A stretch of DNA of 64,000 nt from Paragordius varius (taxonomy: Eukaryota > Animalia > Nematomorpha), in contig OZ176052.1 of the NCBI GenBank assembly GCA_964247055.1, positions 10,292,001 to 10,356,000 on the forward strand, given 5' to 3'. A program made the position numbers and the translations under genes. A model generated the notes under the pieces. That model was not told where the DNA came from. It did no database searches and was given only the letters and a program-made list of their open reading frames with translations. Each line of letters begins with the position of its first letter. The stretch's first letter is position 1. Positions 63,640-64,000 of the stretch are shown here, piece by piece.

Positions 63640-64000
63640 GTCCCTTTTTAAAGGAAAAAATAATATTATACGTATTCCCCAGAAATGTGTTTAAGTAAAC
63701 TCGTATGGCTGTTATTGAACATTATCCAAAACCACGCCATTTTTGTAAAGGCGTCTCAGTTTTAAACCGGTCGTCCCACCCATAGACCTATATGGAAAAA
63801 GCTCTGAGATAAATTCTTCGTCTTTATAGGGCAAAAATTTGGAATCATCTTTGATACCATCGTCTCATGCGTTATTCGAAAAAATACCTCGACACAATGG
63901 CGTATTTTTAGGGCATAAAGGCCTTAAATTAACGGCAAAAAAACGCCTGACCTTATTTTACCTAGTTACGGGTAATATTTCAAGCTTTTAAAGAGCCCAT
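63640..64000 (+). repeat. Second copy of the 33420-34800 tandem-array element (runs off the window)
   Basis: Near-identical blocks: CCACGCCATTTTTGTA, TCTCAGTTTTAAACCGGT, CCTATATGGAAAAAGC, TTACCTAGTTACGGGTAATATTTC. Confidence 0.8.

Noticed and set aside
1-64000. tRNA, rRNA, snRNA or snoRNA genes
   Set aside because: No recognisable cloverleaf or conserved RNA motif by eye; a covariance-model scan would be needed to exclude small ones.

Overview
Very AT-rich, intron-containing eukaryotic (animal-type) DNA using the standard genetic code; this is not a prokaryotic window. I reconstructed by hand, following GT-AG splice phases, seven protein-coding genes. On the + strand these are TBC1D13-like RabGAP, an Awh/Lhx6/8-class LIM-homeobox gene and PGAP3. 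On the - strand they are an acetyl-CoA synthetase, TRIAP1/Mdm35, a TMEM223-like mitochondrial protein that overlaps TRIAP1, and a secreted non-catalytic trypsin-fold protein with a decayed tandem paralog. The rest is mostly transposon-derived: a TTAA-targeting piggyBac-type MITE family, TA-flanked MITE/foldback families, hAT MITEs, a Harbinger/PHIS-type element with an ATT duplication, RTE LINE fragments, a Helitron-like tandem-repeat element and a complete but decayed Gypsy LTR retrotransposon. The most striking signal is a class of ultra-short spliceosomal introns: eight of 22-25 nt in four genes. They are always the first one to four introns of their gene, no reconstructed intron falls between 26 and 56 nt, and all three 24-nt (3n) ones carry in-frame stops. 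Gene models are manual and family names rest on recognised motifs, not database searches; the organism cannot be identified from the sequence alone.
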